A stretch of DNA of 63,810 nt, counting the filler, from Octopus bimaculoides (lineage: Eukaryota): NCBI RefSeq assembly GCF_001194135.2. It is 6 parts of 6 records of this genome, joined end to end, with 100 filler letters (N's around TTAATTAATTAA, not from the genome) between each part and the next. Parts side by side here need not be neighbours in the genome. Positions count along the whole stretch, not along the records: positions 59,801 to 63,810 come from NC_068988.1; 5 more parts are not named here. One strand, 5' to 3'. Position numbers and translations under genes: made by a program. Numbering within the stretch: position 1 is the first letter of the stretch; the number at the start of each line of letters is the position of its first letter. Positions 60,897 through 63,810 of this stretch are shown in pieces. The notes under the pieces are model-generated. The model made no database searches. It saw nothing but the letters and a program-made list of their open reading frames with translations, and was not told where the DNA came from.

Positions 60897-62914
60897 AGAT
60901 AGATATAGATATAAATATACCTGTTTTTATCTGTTCAAGTATATGTGTGTTTACATATATCAACATATTTCCATACACACACAAACTCACACACACGCGC
61001 ACACACAGAAACTTATATATATTGCACATTTCTATTTGTACGTGCGTATATATATATATCCTTTGAAGAACATGTAAATTTTGTGTTGAAATTGCACCTG
61101 TTGGTTATGTTTCACACAACCTCATACAGAATATGTACCGTATACTGATTCAACAATATTCTCAACCATTAAAGAGAATCTACAATACGCCTCTGGGCAT
61201 GCTCTTTCTTTATAAGGAGTGTCAATTTTATTCTTTTATTACCGATGCCTTTATTAATAGTTTATTGGTTGACAATCATCAAAAGTTTAGAAGTTTGGTC
61301 GAGCGGACATTCAAGGTTGCGTTTAATAAATGTACACTGCCTTGCCGGCGCTAAGCTCCGACACTGATCCCTGGTGTTCTATATTTAACTGCAGACGTTA
61401 TGTCATTTCTATGTACAATATATGATATATATATATACATATATATATATACATATACATACACATAAATATAAATATATATATATNNNNNNNNNNNNNN
61501 NNNNNNNNNNNNNNNNNNNNNNNNNNNNNNNNNNNNNNNNNNNNNNNNNNNNNNNNNNNNNNNNNNNNNNNNNNNNNNNNNNNNNNNNNNNNNNNNNNNN
61601 NNNNNNNNNNNNNNNNNNNNNNNNNNNNNNNNNNNNNNNNNNNNNNNNNNNNNNNNNNNNNNNNNNNNNNNNNNNNNNNNNNNNNNNNNNNNNNNNNNNN
61701 NNNNNNNNNNNNNNNNNNNNNNNNNNNNNNNNNNNNNNNNNNNNNNNNNNNNNNNNNNNNNNNNNNNNNNNNNNNNNNNNNNNNNNNNNNNNNNNNNNNN
61801 NNNNNNNNNNNNNNNNNNNNNNNNNNNNNNNNNNNNNNNNNNNNNNNNNNNNNNNNNNNNNNNNNNNNNNNNNNNNNNNNNNNNNNNNNNNNNNNNNNNN
61901 NNNNNNNNNNNNNNNNNNNNNNNNNNNNNNNNNNNNNNNNNNNNNNNNNNNNNNNNNNNNNNNNNNNNNNNNNNNNNNNNNNNNNNNNNNNNNNNNNNNN
62001 NNNNNNNNNNNNNNNNNNNNNNNNNNNNNNNNNNNNNNNNNNNNNNNNNNNNNNNNNNNNNNNNNNNNNNNNNNNNNNNNNNNNNNNNNNNNNNNNNNNN
62101 NNNNNNNNNNNNNNNNNNNNNNNNNNNNNNNNNNNNNNNNNNNNNNNNNNNNNNNNNNNNNNNNNNNNNNNNNNNNNNNNNNNNNNNNNNNNNNNNNNNN
62201 NNNNNNNNNNNNNNNNNNNNNNNNNNNNNNNNNNNNNNNNNNNNNNNNNNNNNNNNNNNNNTGGGACAAGAACGCAAAACATCCAGACAGTTAGGTGATA
62301 CAAAAATGGGACAACAAATCATCTACATAGACGATACAAAGAAAACAAGGACAGGTCATTCGGAGTTTTCTTTCCTCAGTCGAGATCCACATTATCTTTG
62401 CAATTTCGACTGGTTATTCTCGATATTGGTCCAATCTGTCCAGCCCCAAGGAAATACTAAGCTAAGATGAATATGATACTTCAGTTCAGGCTCCGGAATT
62501 TAGTACAGTATTATCCATACAATTTCAAATAAGGGGATTAAAATAAAAATAAGCAACAAGGATAGATCGATCACGCAGACCAATGGTTCTCTACAATTTC
62601 TTACCTATAGACCTTTTAACTCTTATTTTAATCGGTTGGACCTCCATAGCCATTCGATATTTAAAAAAAATCGTATTGTATTTCTATGATTAAATTGTAT
62701 AGAAATATTGTTAAAATATTTTATATATTGAAGGATTATAATCAATTTATAGCAGAAAAAATTGACGAAAAAGTCTTGCATGGAATCCCCAGGTTTGTGT
62801 GGAACCCGATTGAGAACATGTGACGAGGAATATTCCTCTCACGTTCTTGTTTAGGCTCAAGGAGGCAGCCATGATGAAACAAATTCCAGCCGTGATCTTC
62901 CAGAATTTTTTGCT

Positions 62915-63245
62915 ATCTTTTATCTTTTACTTCTTTCAGTCATTTGCTGTGGCACCATCATTAAGTGATTCAGTCGAATGAATTGCCTCCAGTCCTTGTT
63001 TTTAACATCTGATATATATTCCATCCATTAACTTTCTCAAAAAGCTAATTTACAGACGAAAACACACCAACACTCACATATACAAACAAACATACATACA
63101 TACATACACACACAGACACAAACACAACAGGATTCCTTCAATTTCCGTGTAACAAATCCACTCACAAGGCACTACTATGCGCGAAGATATTGTAGATAAC
63201 TCCTGCCCAAGTGGTTGGGAAACAAACTTCTTACCACACAGCCAC
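62915..63245 (-). mobile_element. Old decayed SINE family A
   Basis: ttacttctttcagtcattt, acaggattccttcaatttccgt..aaatccactcacaaggc, cttaccacacagccac. Confidence 0.65.
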
Positions 63246-63810
63246 GACTCTGCAAGACACCGTAAACTACAATTTTCAATTTTCTTTTTTTCTGTTCGAA
63301 GCGCGGGATATTATTTAAGAAGCAACCCAATATAAGTCAAAAAATACTTCCAACCGCCGCAGTTTGGAGAGTGTAGGAATCTGTGTGAAGCAAGAGCTAG
63401 CCTAAACGACCCCAAACACCTTTTCTTTTCTTTAGGATTAAAGAGCTAAGATTTATAGAACTAAGCTCCGTACTATAAATCAAGTGAACTCATTTGGCTG
63501 CATAATTTGAGTCGGTAGATGTAACATGCTATTTAGTGTAGCCATTAATTAAACATGGTGTTGTTAGTTCGACTCGTTTACTTAATGTGGAATGTTTTAG
63601 AAAAGTGTTCAGAGTGGCAGTCTTCATCAAGAGAAAGTTTATAACTAGGAGAGATCATCTTTTACATGCACCCCCCACACACACATACACACATTCACAC
63701 ACACACAAACACAATCACATACACATGTGATATCTCAATTGCTTTTTATAAATAACTAAAATGATTTATAATAAAATCTCATCCGACAATTTAAAATACG
63801 TATATATATA

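Noticed and set aside
2367-62322. Long ORFs containing X runs (e.g. 2367-3359, 7020-8096, 52684-53733, 61351-62322)
   Set aside because: They are open only because N gaps contain no stops, and the flanks translate microsatellites.
62340-62400. Minus-strand CTGAGGA..CCGAA as a hammerhead
   Set aside because: Helix II pairs poorly, A15.1 is absent and no helix I can be drawn.

Overview
AT-rich, microsatellite-dense metazoan DNA from a fragmented draft assembly with about 30 N-gaps, most flanked by (TA)n/(TG)n. The repeat repertoire points to an octopus-like coleoid cephalopod (inference from recalled repeat families, not a database result). There is no confidently identifiable host gene, rRNA, intact tRNA or CRISPR, and nearly all long ORFs in the supplied track are gap or microsatellite artefacts. 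The window is mostly retroelement debris: at least five tRNA-headed SINE families; CR1/L2-group, RTE and R4/Dong-type (restriction-like endonuclease) LINE fragments; and several Penelope-like (GIY-YIG) pieces. It also holds a decayed mariner transposase and mariner/Tc1-type MITEs, several inserted in a 4.5-kb 20-bp minisatellite. Best leads: (1) a 277-bp palindrome at 16311-16587 whose arms are two decayed copies of a type I hammerhead-ribozyme fold, in a cluster of Penelope/hammerhead-related pieces; (2) a 3' stem-loop shared between the CR1/L2 LINEs and the main SINE family, with compensatory base changes; (3) a perfect 239-bp inverted duplication splitting an old SINE; (4) a pre-miRNA-sized hairpin in apparently non-repetitive sequence; (5) an R4/Dong cluster among (TAA)n tracts. 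A few short open frames could be exons of an unrecognised gene but are weakly supported. All family assignments come from motif recognition by eye, and edges of decayed repeats are approximate.
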